In this document: piece by piece, positions 12,294 through 25,146 of the stretch
How the letters are laid out: every line of letters starts with the position of its first letter
How positions within the stretch are numbered: position 1 is the stretch's first letter
Assembly (NCBI RefSeq): GCF_002105155.1
Contig: NW_019028980.1
Span: 1,426,001-1,490,000, forward strand
Source: Lobosporangium transversale
Lineage: Eukaryota
DNA length: 64,000 nt
Direction: 5' to 3'
Position numbers and translations under genes: made by a program
The notes under the pieces: model-generated
What the model was told of the DNA's origin: nothing
Databases searched by the model: none
The model's input: the letters and a program-made list of their open reading frames with translations, nothing else

Positions 12294-14709
12294 ATGAGCT
12301 TTGGTTCCTTGACATCAAGATCCTCATTTCCCTTTTGGATTATTAGTGTCACGAAAAAGACTGGTTTCCCGCTACCACAATTGTTTGGGAAGCTATCTGT
12401 AAAAGCAGCCCAACTATCTCGAGTATCACTTACGCCCGCTCAACGACACTCACGAGGATTCTCCGTCCGCACCGCCACCTCTGGATTTTACGCCACTGTG
12501 CCTCTAACAAAGCATCACGGTATGGCCGACATGGATTCAGCACCAGCACCAGCTGGTTTTACAAAGGTCACTGAGGGCAAAGCTACTATCCTCTTCCCAG
12601 ATACCAATGAGGTTTTTTATAATCCTATCCAGCAATTCAACAGAGACATCTCGATCGCTGCTATCCGGACATGGGATGAGATTTTTCAGGAGGAGCGGGC
12701 GGCTAAACGTGCAGAGAAACAGGCTCGCAAGGAGGCTGCAGCAGCAAAGAGAGCACAGGAAGGATTGGAGCCATTGCCAGAAAGAGAATTCCCTCAAGGA
12801 GCTGTTGATCCAACAGCACCCCGTGGGATTACCATTTTGGAGGCATTGTCTGCATCAGGACTGAGGTCAATCCGATATGCCAAAGAGATTCCTAATGTTA
12901 AGCATATCCTGACAAACGACCTTGAGGCAGATGCGGTTGCTTCTATTAAACGCAATGCTGAGTTTAACGGGATTAGCTCGGACCTACTAGAACCTCACCA
13001 AGGAGATGCCATGTAAGCTCAAGGCATTGGAGCTGGATCGTTTTGATATTGCTAAAAAGACGAGTCGGGATCGACAGTTGCTCATAACTGGCTTTTTTCA
13101 ATGCGGACAAACCATAGCGATGTTCTCTATCAGCACCGCGATCCTCTCAAGCGCTACGATGTAATTGATCTGGATCCATATGGAACTGCATCACCATTCA
13201 TTGACGGCGCTGTTCAAGCTGTTTCTGATGGAGGTAAAATATTAGCATCACAATTGACACCAATTGATGGCAACAGATGGTTGGATATGCGCTAGGATAC
13301 TCATAAAACATTAACTATTGGCTATTACACTCCAGGCTTGCTCTGCGTTACCTGCACAGATTTAGGAGTTCTCGCTGGAAGCAATTACACGGAGACATGG
13401 TATGTCACAATACTCCACCATACTGCAATAAAGATAACATAGGTCGCTATTACAGACTAAAACATGGATAATCCTAATCCGTGTTGATATTCTCCTTCAC
13501 AGTTATGCCAAGTACGGGGGACATCCAGTTAAAGCCGAGTTTTGTCATGAAGTTGCTCTTCGCCTAGTACTTAATACTCTTTCAGCTTCGGCTGCACGCT
13601 ATAAGAGGCATATCGTGCCTATGGTATCGTTGAGCATCGACTATTACCTCCGTGTTTTCGTCCGTGTCTACTCTTCAGCTGCAGAGGTCAAGATGACGGC
13701 AAGCAAGACTTGTCTAGCATATGTTTGTTCAGGATGCCAGTCCAGCTATACACAATCCCTTGGTAAAGTATCGGAGAACGCAAAGGGGAATAAGAAGTTT
13801 GGTGTCAATACAGGGCCACCCGTAAATCAAACTTGTGAGCATTGTGGCTCTAGGTTCCATGTGAGTTTTCTGCTATGACTAAGCTGATAATTATCTATGA
13901 AGATGGTTAACACGATGGTCCAAGTCACTAAACAACCTAATATAACTCTTGCTCACTTGCAGGTTGCAGGTCCAATGTGGGGTAAAGAACTTCATTCGGT
14001 GGCGTTCATAGAGCGTATGTTAAACCATGTCAAGGGTGCCACTGCTCTTTATCAAACACAACCTCGTATTTTGGGCATGCTAACTGTTTGTAAAGAAGAG
14101 ATTGAGACACCATTTTATTACACTGCCAATGGACTCTCAGGAACAATCCATTGTACCAGCATCCCTCTTCTCAATGTTGTATCAGCTTTGCTTCACGATG
14201 GATACAGAGTCTCAGGATCCCATGCAGCGCAAGGCTCTATCAAGACAGATGCACCGTCCTCTGCAGTATGGGATGTTATGCGCTCTTGGGTAAAGCTGAA
14301 TCCAGTGAAGAATATTAAGCCAGATTCACCAGCAGGCAGGATCTTAGCGGTAGAGCCTAAGAAGATTGCTAATTTTGAGATGCATCCAGATGCTCGATCA
14401 GAATCGAGAAAGGCCAATCTTGTACGATACCAGATGAATCCAACCAAGAACTGGGGGCCGCAAGCAAGAGCTGGAAGTAACAAGCGCAAGGCGTAAGGAT
14501 GATGGATCTACAGACTGTTGCTTTAGCTCTAAAAGAAATAATGATAGACCAGGGTGCATATACTGATCAATACCTATTGTTTACTTGTTTTTTTCTGCTT
14601 GTTTTTTAGGCAAGATAACGAATCTGAGCTTGTAGAAAAGAGCGTCAAGTTGGAGAATAATTCTACTGATGATGCTAAGATAACGGCAGAAGAAAAGGAT
14701 ATTGCATAG
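12294..14709 (+). CDS. TRM1: tRNA (guanine26-N2)-dimethyltransferase, 6 exons; alternative in-frame start at 12522
   Basis: [61 protein letters not shown]...CEHC zinc ribbon and [11 protein letters not shown]. Confidence 0.95.
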
Positions 14710-16373
14710 TTTTAATACCTTGAGTTTACAAACATCACTAAAGCCTATCTTTTTTAAGTTATTTATGGATAAGGTAGAGAGAACCTCATAAGCTCACTAT
14801 TATATTGAATCTGCCACGCGAGCCTTGATTTAATGGTCCCGCTTAGTGCTCATGAGAACAAATATGCGAAAATCGATATTGATTGGTTACATTCAGACAT
14901 GTGTCTGCTATGCATTTTTATGTTGTATTGAAGGTTTTTCCGGTTTTTTTTTTAAAAAAATGTCATTGATACGCATTCATATCCACATAGTTTGCGCACG
15001 AATTAGACTGTGGGAAGGGAAAAAAGCAGATTTTGCAATAATCATCATTTCACTAACACGAGCGAGATGACATTCCATCGACAAAAGATTATTGGATTTT
15101 TTGGTGCAGGTTGCAGCCCTTAGATGAAATGTACTGTGTCATGTCATCGACATTAGGTCTTTCATCCTCTTTCTTTCCCTCCACACATTAGCATATTATC
15201 AATGGCATTTAAGCTTTTTTTTTTTTTTGTGATCAATAGCGATATGATTCCGCGCTCTCTCTTTCTCTCTCTCTCTCTCTTTATATTGTGCTCAGATGCA
15301 TGCAGATCATTGGCTTTCGAAGCCAGCAAAATTATATCAACAGGACTGAATGATTCTCCCACCTAGCAGTTTAAATGATGCGATCACTTGTTAATGGCAC
15401 ATTGAAACTAGGTGCAACTTTATTGCTTGCTTTAATAGTTTTTTCTCACCCCAATCCTTCATTTCTCACTTCAGTGTCTATGGATGAGTAAGAAGCAGTT
15501 GGGTGAGAATATTGAACAGGTTTGCGCAGTCAAAAAAATAGGGAGTGGGATGAATGCATGGTTTGTTGATTTCCTCCACAACAATGGGTAAACTTGTGTG
15601 GACGTACATCGTACAAGAGGGACAGAGTGTTGCCAAGAATGGGCAAGGATGGGCGATAATAAGGGTAAATTCAAGATTGACATATACAAAGATGGTCGCA
15701 ACGTGCTGCGCCAAGGAGTGAAAGAAGCATCGAGGGAGTGAAAAACTAGTCTTAGGATAATGTAACAATGTCGCAGAAAAAAAAAAAGAAGTAAATCATT
15801 CCTGTTAAATTTTAACCATATTCAGTCGTTAAATCGTAATTCAATGGCATGACAAATCAAGGTTTTACCCAAACCCAGATGAACAGAAAAGAGAAGAGAA
15901 AATGCAATCCAAAAGGAGTAAAAAAGAACAGCACTTGAGGTACAAAAGAACAACTTATTCCAGAGGACCACGGTTTCTCTTTCCCACTCCTTTGCTTTCT
16001 TTGTTCTTTTCTCTTTTTTTCCTTCAGCTCATCCTTTGCCCACGTACCTTCTTCTGCAGCAAGGGATTCATATCAATGCAATACCATTAGCCCAACAAGT
16101 CATTCCTTGCTCTTTTGTGTGCAAATTTACTTTGACTTCACATAATTCCCCCCTCTCTATATTTCTTTATTCACTGCTGTGCCAAAAACTGGAGAGCTGT
16201 TTCTTCATCAGAGTCCCACATTGCCATTTGTTCATTCATTCCATCTGATCCTTTTATTTCTTTTTTTTAATATTATTATTTTATTTTAACCCTTTAACAA
16301 CTGTTAATATTATTATCATTCTACAGAATTAATTGCCTAATATTTTTCGCGCGTTCACGCTTACATCACAACT

Positions 16374-19300
16374 ATGAAACTATTTAAAAGAGAAAAGAAG
16401 ATTCCCCCATTACCAGAGCCGGGTACTTCGCCCGGCGTCTGTCCTGAGTTCACGGCTTCCATCTTCTCGCGCTTGACCTTTACCTGGGTCCAGCCAGTGA
16501 TGTCTACCGGATCAAGACGTCCTCTAGAAAAAGAAGATCTTTGGGAGATGACCGAAAGACGGCGCGCTAGCTACATTTCCACCCGCTTCCGTGAGTGCTG
16601 GGGCCAAGAGCTGGCAAAGGGTAAAGGAAGTACCCTGGCCTTGAAAAACAATGGCGTGGACACATTCAATTCTGACCTTCAGAACGAAAAAGATGTGAAT
16701 GATACGACTATAGGCAAAAAAAGCAAAAAGAACAAGGATAAGGATAAGGAGAAAACATATCGGCCCAAGCTGTGGAAAGCCCTCAACCAAACATTTTTTT
16801 GGCAATTCTGGTCCGCGGGTTTCCTCAAAGTCATCGGTGATTCTCTCCAGGTATATTGGGGTCCCAAGTTTTTTTTTTTTTTTTTTTTTTTTTTGCCTTC
16901 CTCTGCCGAGTATAAATTGAGCCTGATCACTTCATTTGTCCCATGCAATGTAATGAATTTATCCGAGAATATACTAAAACGCCTTTTTAACTTCCTGCAA
17001 CCGAAAATTGAATTAAGGTCTTTCAACCATTGGTTACCAAGGCTATCATTGACTTTGTGCAGGATAGGTAATTTACAGCCCTGTACAGCATCAAAGGCAT
17101 TTGCATCCCTAAACTCCAGGCTTCTAACTCATTCTTTCCCCCCCCCTAAATTTCATTGTAGTGTTGTAGATCGCGCTAATGGCCAGTCACCTCCTCCATT
17201 GTGGCATGGCATTTTGATGGCCATCGCTCTTTTTGTAATGGGTATCGCCGCTACTATTTCTCTTCATCAGTTCTGGCAACGTTCCACCACTACCGGTGTT
17301 GGTGTTCGCACCTCTTTAATCACCACCATCTATCACAAGGGACTTGTTCTAAGTTCCAAGGCCAAGCAAGACTTTTCAACCGGAAAGATCACCAATCTCA
17401 TGTCGACAGATACAACGCGTCTTGACCTCCTTACTGGCTTTTTTCACATTCTTTGGACTGCTCCTCTCATGATCACCCTCATCTTGATTCTGCTCCTTGT
17501 CAACCTGGGGCCTACAGCTCTTGTGGGCTTCGTCTTCTTGGTTATGTTCGGTCCTATCCAGGCTAAAATTGTTCAGTCGCTTTCAGTCATTCGTCGCAAA
17601 ACATCCTTGATCACCGACACCCGTGTCAAATTGACACAGGAAGTACTACAAGGGATGCGCGTAATCAAATTCTATGGATGGGAAGAGGCATTCCTAGGGA
17701 AACTTGAGGAGCTTCGTACTAAGGAACTCAAATATGTCCGCACCCTCTTGATATCTCGTTCCGGCATTGCGGCCGTAAACTTGACCGTTCCTGTACTGGC
17801 TGCCACATTGACATTTGTTGCCTACTCACTTGCCGGCAACGACCTAACCCCCGCTATCGTCTTCTCATCTCTGTCGCTATTCAACATCATGAGAATGCCT
17901 TTGATGATTTTCCCTCAGGTTTTGTCTTCCATGGTTGATGCATTGGTTTCAATTCGTCGTATTGAAGATATGCTTCTGGCAGAAGAGCTGGAAGATCTCC
18001 CTCCTGTCAACGCCAACTCGGAATTCGCTATTAATGTCACGGAGGGCGCTTTCCAATGGGACACTACACTCAAGCCTCTGACCATGGAAGAGTTGCAGCA
18101 GCGTGAAAAAGAGGAGCGCAAGCGTGTGCTCAATAAAAAGGAACAAAAGAAGGAGCAAAAGAAGGAACTCAAGGCCAAGGAGCGTGCGGAGAAGAAGGCG
18201 ATCAAGAAATTGGCCAAGGCCCATAACATTTCAGTACTCGAAGCCGAGAAACTATATAGAGACAGTCAACAGGAAAAATCCGTGTCAGAACGCTCAAGCG
18301 AAACCAACTTGGCTCAGGAAAAGATGCTCTCCAGACTACAGGAGAGGGATCCCTCACCTGATACAGAGTCTATTTTGACAAGTTCACCAGAGGATAGCGA
18401 AGCTCATCAAAGTTCGGTTCAGTCAGATGACAAGGCCGCATTCTCGCTCAAAGACATTGATCTTAAGATTCCACGTGGTCAACTGGTTGCTATCGTGGGA
18501 GCAGTCGGAAGCGGCAAATCGTCGTTGTTGAATGCCTTGGTCGGAGAGATGAGGAAAATAAGTGGCTCAATGGAGTACGGTGGTTCGATTGGGTACTGTC
18601 CTCAGACAGCCTGGATTCAAAATGCAACTGTCAAGGATAATATCCTATTTGGTCTCCCTTTGGATGAGGAAAGATATCAACGTGTGATCAAAGACTGTGC
18701 ACTGGAACGTGATATCCAAATTTTACCAGACGGCGATCAGACGGAGATTGGAGAGCGAGGAATCAATCTCTCTGGAGGTCAGAAACAACGTGTTAATATC
18801 GCACGTGCCGTGTACTTTGATGCCGATATCGTGTTGTTGGATGATCCGTTGTCCGCTGTTGATGCACACGTTGGCAAATACCTCTTCAAGAACTGCATCA
18901 TGGGCGCACTACAGGACAAGACTCGTGTCTTAGTCACACATCAGCTTCATGTATTGCCTCAAGTTGACTATGTGATCTGTATGAAGGATGGAGAGATTGT
19001 CGAACGTGGAACATTCCAAGAGCTAATGGCCAATCAAGGTGAATTCTCTTCATTGATGAAGGCTCACGGCGGTATTGAGGATATTGATAAGGATTTGGAA
19101 GAGGTCAACGACGATAATAGCGTCGATTCAACGATCGCTGGAGTCAGCAAAGCTACGGAGAGCAGTAACAACAACGAAAAGAAAGATGTCAAGGAGAAAG
19201 AAGAGTCTGGTAAAGCATCTACAGGCCCCGGCGGCAAGCGCAAGGGGCTGATGTCGCAAGAAGAACGTTCCACAGGGTCTGTTGATGGCAAGATCTATAA

Positions 19301-21431
19301 GGCCTACATTAGCGCAGCTGGTGGCATTTATCTACTTCCTCTTATTTTGCTTTTACTCACACTGACCCAAGTTACTAAAGTTGGGTATGTGTTTTGCTGT
19401 CCTTTTGGACCGCACCTTAAGATCTGGTTCTTAAAGGCGCGTATGATTTAATAGAACAAAAGAAACATTGATGACTAACGAACGCATCCTTGTCATTCCA
19501 CTTTTGTAACAATCTTATTTTAGAAACGATCTCTGGTTGAGCTGGTGGACAGCAGATCAATTCAACCAAACGCAAAAATTTTACATGGGTCTCTATGCTG
19601 CCTGGGGTATCGCTCAGGGTATTTTCCAGTTCATCAATGGTTTCTATTTCTCTTTGGCTGGAGCTCGCGCAGCCAAAGTTTTGCATCACAAGGCCCTCAA
19701 GAACATCTTCCGTGCCCCTACATCATTCTTTGATACCACGCCTTTAGGGCGCATCATCAATCGGTTCTCAAAAGACGTGGATGCTTGTGATAACTTGCTC
19801 AGCGACAGTTACAGAATGTTCCTAGGAACTGCCTCAATGGTTCTCTCGACCTTTATTTTGATCTCAGCCTTCTTCCCATACTTCCTCATCCCTTTAGTAC
19901 CTATGTTAGTGTTCTATTATTATGCTGCGATCTATTATCGATCCTCATCTCGGGAGCTCAAGCGTCTAGATTCGATCCTACGTTCATCGCTCTATGCTCA
20001 TTTTTCAGAAACATTGAGTGGATTAGCTACGATTCGCGCTTATCGTGTGCAAAACCGCTTCGTTGAACAAAATGCATACTATATTGATGTGGAGAATCGG
20101 CCTTATTTCATGAGCTACTCGATCCAACGCTGGTTGGGTGTGCGCTTGGAGACGATTGCTAACATCTTGGTCTTATGTACATCGCTATTGGGCGTCTGTG
20201 GCCGATTTGATATTGCGCCTGCCACCATCGGTCTAGTACTTAGTTATTCCATGAGCGTTACTGGAACTTTTAACTGGTGTGTGCGCCAGTATGCTGAAGT
20301 GGTAAGTTCCTTTTGGTTTTGATTTTAGCCAAGAAGAAGAAACAATGGGGGGTTTTTTTGGAATGATCAGATAGAGATACAGGGGAATAACATGCTTCTT
20401 CTGTTTTATCTGTACCTTTCGAACTCTAGGAAAATAACATGAACGCAGTAGAGCGCCTGCATCACTATGCTGAGGAGCTCACTGTTGAGGCTCCTACGAT
20501 CATCCCTGACAACCGTCCTGATGATTCTTGGCCTAGCAACGGTGCGATCTCGATTCGCAATCTTGAGATGCGCTACCGCCCTGGATTGCCCTCAGTCCTT
20601 CATGATCTCTCGCTTGATATCAAGGGCGGTGAGAAGATTGGTGTGGTTGGCCGTACTGGTGCCGGAAAAAGCTCGATTATGATGGCTCTCTTCCGTTTGG
20701 TGGAACCAAGCAAGGGTACGATGATGATTGACAATGTCGATATCACCAAAATCGGATTGTTTGATCTCCGCACACGGCTGGCAATTATTCCTCAAGATCC
20801 TGTATTGTTTAGCGGCACGATCCGTTCTAATTTGGATCCATTCGAGAAGCGAACTGATCAAGAGCTCTGGGAGGTGCTTGAGCGCTCGGATCTCAAGAGT
20901 TATGTGGCATCGTTGGAGGGAGGATTGGATTCTCAAGTGAGCGAATTCGGTGAGAACTTGAGTGTGGGTCAACGACAGCTGCTGTGCCTGGCTAGAGCCA
21001 TGCTGACACATGCTCGAGTGATTATCATGGATGAGGCGACAGCCTCAGTTGATGTGGCAACTGATGTGATGTTGCAGAAGGCGATCCGTGTGGACTTTGC
21101 CAACTCCACTGTATTAACAATTGCACACCGATTGAACACTGTGATTGATTATTCGCGCGTGTTGGTGTTGGATCATGGAGAGATTAAGGAGTTTGATACA
21201 CCTGCTAATCTGCTAAGTCGACCTGATTCAGTCTTCTCGAGTATGGTGGATGAGACTGGACCGATCAATGCGGCTTTGCTTCGGTCGTTGGCTGCTGCTG
21301 CTGCTGCGGGCACGACATTAAATGTAGAGGAGGTCTTGGGAGCCAACAACAATAACACTCCTACTGGGGACAAGGAAGAAGTGGTGTTGACAGACGATAA
21401 AGCGGAGGTTGTTGGTGGGTACAAAGTGTAG
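16374..21431 (+). CDS. ABCC/MRP-family ABC transporter (YOR1-like, no TMD0), 5 exons
   Basis: TMD1-NBD1-TMD2-NBD2 layout. NBD1 has GAVGSGKSS / LSGGQ / LLDDPLSAVD; NBD2 has GRTGAGKSS / LSVGQ / IMDEATASVD; FFDTTPLGRIINRFSKD is present. Confidence 0.93.
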
Positions 21432-22208
21432 TTTCTATTATAATTATCATTATTATTATTCTCTTTTACAAGCATCCCTTTAATTATGTCTACTGCATCC
21501 ATATCACATTGACATCAAGAGGCATTATCATTTCACTTAATTAAATGTCCCTTAAAAATAAAATAAAGACTTCTTCTCATCCACATGGGATTTATCCAGG
21601 TTGAAAAATAGCATCCCACAACTCGAAACCATTCCTGAACAGACGATTCCTTTCAGTCAATTCAAGGCAACGAGAAAGGGAAGATGTTTTGAAACATCAC
21701 AAAATATCCTCTCGGATGATTTGGTGTCGCACGCTCCATGTGAGAGTTGGGCCTCCTGTCTATACTCAACCCCAACAGGAGGTTTACAAGTCCTTTTTCC
21801 TGGATTCCTTGGACTGAACAATCGTTACGCCCAAAGAATACCTGTTCTTTTACGGCTCCCTCGGTAAATTTGATAAGAGATCGCGTTTAATTGGTCAATC
21901 ACATGACTTACTTTACCAGGCGTGGGAGCAAGGGGTTTTTAGTTTTTACTTCCATCGCATCCTAATCTTATCCTCTTCTCTTCTGTCTTTCTACAAATCC
22001 ATGTAATCATTATTCATATGGCTTATCTTTCTCATATCCTCCCTTTATCTAAGCAAGCGTTACTCTATTTCTTTCCATTTCTCTCATAATACCTAATACA
22101 ACACACACTCATCGACTCACAAAACACACTTTTTTTTTTTTTTTTTTTTTTTCTCTCCATTTCCCTCAGCAAGAAAACTCTCATTTTTACAGAATAAATT
22201 GAAAGACC

Positions 22209-24899
22209 ATGTCAACAACCTACTCGCGTAGGCAGCGCATGTGGCTCGCCTTTATTGCTTCATTCTTCTTGCCTCTTTGGATCGCACTCACTTGTAAGTT
22301 TATGTACTATTCAATTCTCTCTCTCTCTCACCTTACTGGATTCGATTCAGAAACCAGGCCTCTCTGCAATAACTCCAAACCCCGCTATTAACCTTGAATC
22401 TATTGACTTTAATATAATCATAGGCGTTGTCTATGTGTTTGCATGGCTCATTTATCTTCGCTATGGCAAGTATCCTTGTGAAATTGATGAAGCACACTCT
22501 CCAACACACGCTTATCCTTCTCTCCCTGTCAATCGAAAAGAAAAGAAAAGAAAAAAAAAAGCTTTTTTTTGTTTTTTGTTTTTTGTTTTCTCCACTTCTC
22601 AGTCACTCCAACAGAGCCTCTTGAACTCTTGATTATGGCTCTCAACTCAGAAGCCAAATCAACCCCTTCATTTATCTTCACAACAACAAACAAACAACAA
22701 AAACAGTAGCACATCGGCCCAACGTGATTTTGGGGTTGTGTTGTATATTGCTTGCGATAAAAGATTTGAGACATTCGCTTATGTGGTGTTCAATTATCTA
22801 TTACCACTCGCCAATGTTGGGAATTGGCTGGAATTAGTCATAAGACTGGCAACTAAACCGAACTGACGAGGCACTCACCTATAAGTGGATGATAGTTGAT
22901 AGTCTAGCTGAAGTTGGCATCCTCCCCGAATGACATTTCTTTTTGCGTCATTCTCAGCCTTCATTAGCTCGTTACAAATGGAAGCATCAAATAAGAATAT
23001 AGACTAATCGATATCATCACTTTATTTTCTACTCTTGGTTACATTATCACCTCCGGCTCGGCTGTTTTTCTTTCGCTTTAACAGCTCAGACAGGTAAGCA
23101 TTCTAACTGTGTGTTACACACACTGACATATGAATTGGACTGGACGTATTCATGCGAAAGCACTAGGATTCTGCGCAAGAACCCTCCCCTGTTCTATGTT
23201 TGAATCCTCATGTCTGTAGTTTATTTTTCTACTGCTCTCAATGTCTGGATGCATTGACACGAGGGAAATGTTTAATCATGCAAACATCGAATTGCCAGCC
23301 TACATGCTACACGAAGTTGACATTAGTTCTTTTCCCTCTTTCCTGCATTTTCATGCATGCCCTGTGCTTGTGTGCTCTGTGCTTGTGTGCTCTGTGCTAT
23401 GATCATTAGATGCACCACAATCCTACCCATATTTGCCCTATCATCCAATTCGTGTGTACAAGGTCGTCAGCACATATGCTGGACTTCAGTTCAACAAGCT
23501 TATGCGTCTTGTGCCATTGTTTGGCCATTTTGCCCGTTTCCAACTTACCAATAGCAAGAAGACTGACATCCTCAAGTAAGTATTTGCGCCATCATCAGCT
23601 CTTTGATTTCCACAACGCATCATTAAGCACGTTCCACCTTTTTCCATTCAGTTCGTCATACACAAAATTCACGTGGTTTTGAGAGCTTGGTCCTCTTCCC
23701 CCCCCCTTTTTTTCCCCCTTTCTCTCTATCCCCACGTTTCTCTCTAAACTAACTGTTAATTGTCCCTCTTTTATTCAATTGATAGGAATATCCATTATGG
23801 ACGTGCAGACAATCGCCTAGATGTCTACATTGGAAGTCCTTCTGCGACTTCGACATCATTAATAGACCATACAGACGATGATGCTAACTCTGATCACACG
23901 GTTGAGTCAAATGGAAGTCCAGTGTTAATTTATGTTTATGGCGGAGCATGGGATTCGGGCCACAAGAGTATGTTGATGCCCATGGCACAGAATTTGGCCA
24001 ATCAAGGTTACATTGTCGTGGTCCCTGATTATACACGCTACCCACAAGCAAAGATTGAAGATATGGTTCGAGACATTCAGGATGCAGTTGTGTGGACCAC
24101 CAAAAATGCAACTCGATATGGAGGCGACCCAAGCAATATTTATTTGATGGGCTCTGGCTCTGGAGCTCATGTTTCCTCCTTGGCAATCATACATGACGCT
24201 ATCGAACAACTTGGAGGAATTCCTGCGCCAGACGTTGAAGGCGATACAACACCTTTGGTCAAGATCCCTTCGTGGCCTAAAGATGAACCAACAGAGGAAA
24301 AGGGGTCTCAGAATTACAAGGAGCGTGTTCGTGGACTAATTTTGTTTTCAGGCGTTTTCGACATTACCTATTACTATGTCTATCTACACAAGCGCGGCAT
24401 CGAAGAGGTTTCAGCTATGCCACGTGTCATGCATCGATCTGCGAACAACTACTTGGCTTGCTCACCGTCCTGGATCCTTGCCACGGCTATGTCGACTTTG
24501 GAAAGACCAGAGCTGTTGGAACAGGTGTTGCCAAAGTCTATTTTGCTAATCCATGGTGAGAAGGATGGGCTGATTCCTGCATTTTCATCTTCGACATTGT
24601 TTAACCTACTCTGCCATGCCGATATCGCCAACACCAAGTATAAGATCTATACTGGACAAGGTCATTTGGACCCTGCGATTGACCTTATTTTGCCCTCAAA
24701 TCCTATTACGGCATCATTACTGAGTGACATTGAAGATGTTGTCCGTCACAACTCTGCCACGGCCTCGAATGCCGCAGAGTTTTCGAGTACAGGATCCAGT
24801 ACCCCGAATGGAGGGGAAGAGGATGATGATCTACTTCTCAAGCAACAACAGGAGCAGTACTCGCGAGACTTTACAGAGAGTCTAGCTGTGCTTTCTTAA
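22209..24899 (+). CDS. ICME-like (isoprenylcysteine methylesterase-like, HSL-family) alpha/beta hydrolase with N-terminal membrane segment; nucleophile position degenerate
   Basis: NIHYG...LDVY, PVLIYVYGGAWDSG, PDYTRYP, YGGDPSNIYLMGSGSGAH, SGVFD, LLIHGEKD and GH. Upstream exons 22209-22293, 22424-22465, (23085-23093) and 23410-23575 splice in frame. Confidence 0.8.
23362..23398. repeat. 15-bp tandem repeat (CTGTGCTTGTGTGCT x2.5) in an intron just upstream of an acceptor
   Basis: Directly visible in the sequence. Confidence 0.8.
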
Positions 24900-25146
24900 G
24901 AGATTTTTTGAATACACATTTAAGATCTTCTTTAGCTGCTCAACTTTTTTCTCTTTTTGATGTTCTCATAAAATTCTATCCGCAAGCAATGTAAATATAT
25001 AAACAAATGAAATATATCCCCCACTCTCTTTCTCTTAAACAATAAAAATAAAATAAGCATTCTCTACATTGGTGGCTCAATAAGTAAAAGCATGAACAAA
25101 GCAATCATATTTTTTCTTTATAAAGATGCTACTCTAATTAATAATA

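Noticed and set aside
16851..17161. 1025-aa ORF reading straight through the 5' part of the ABC transporter
   Set aside because: It includes poly-Phe from an intronic T-run. Two GT-AG introns and a short exon in another frame (VFQPLVTKAIIDFV) explain the region.
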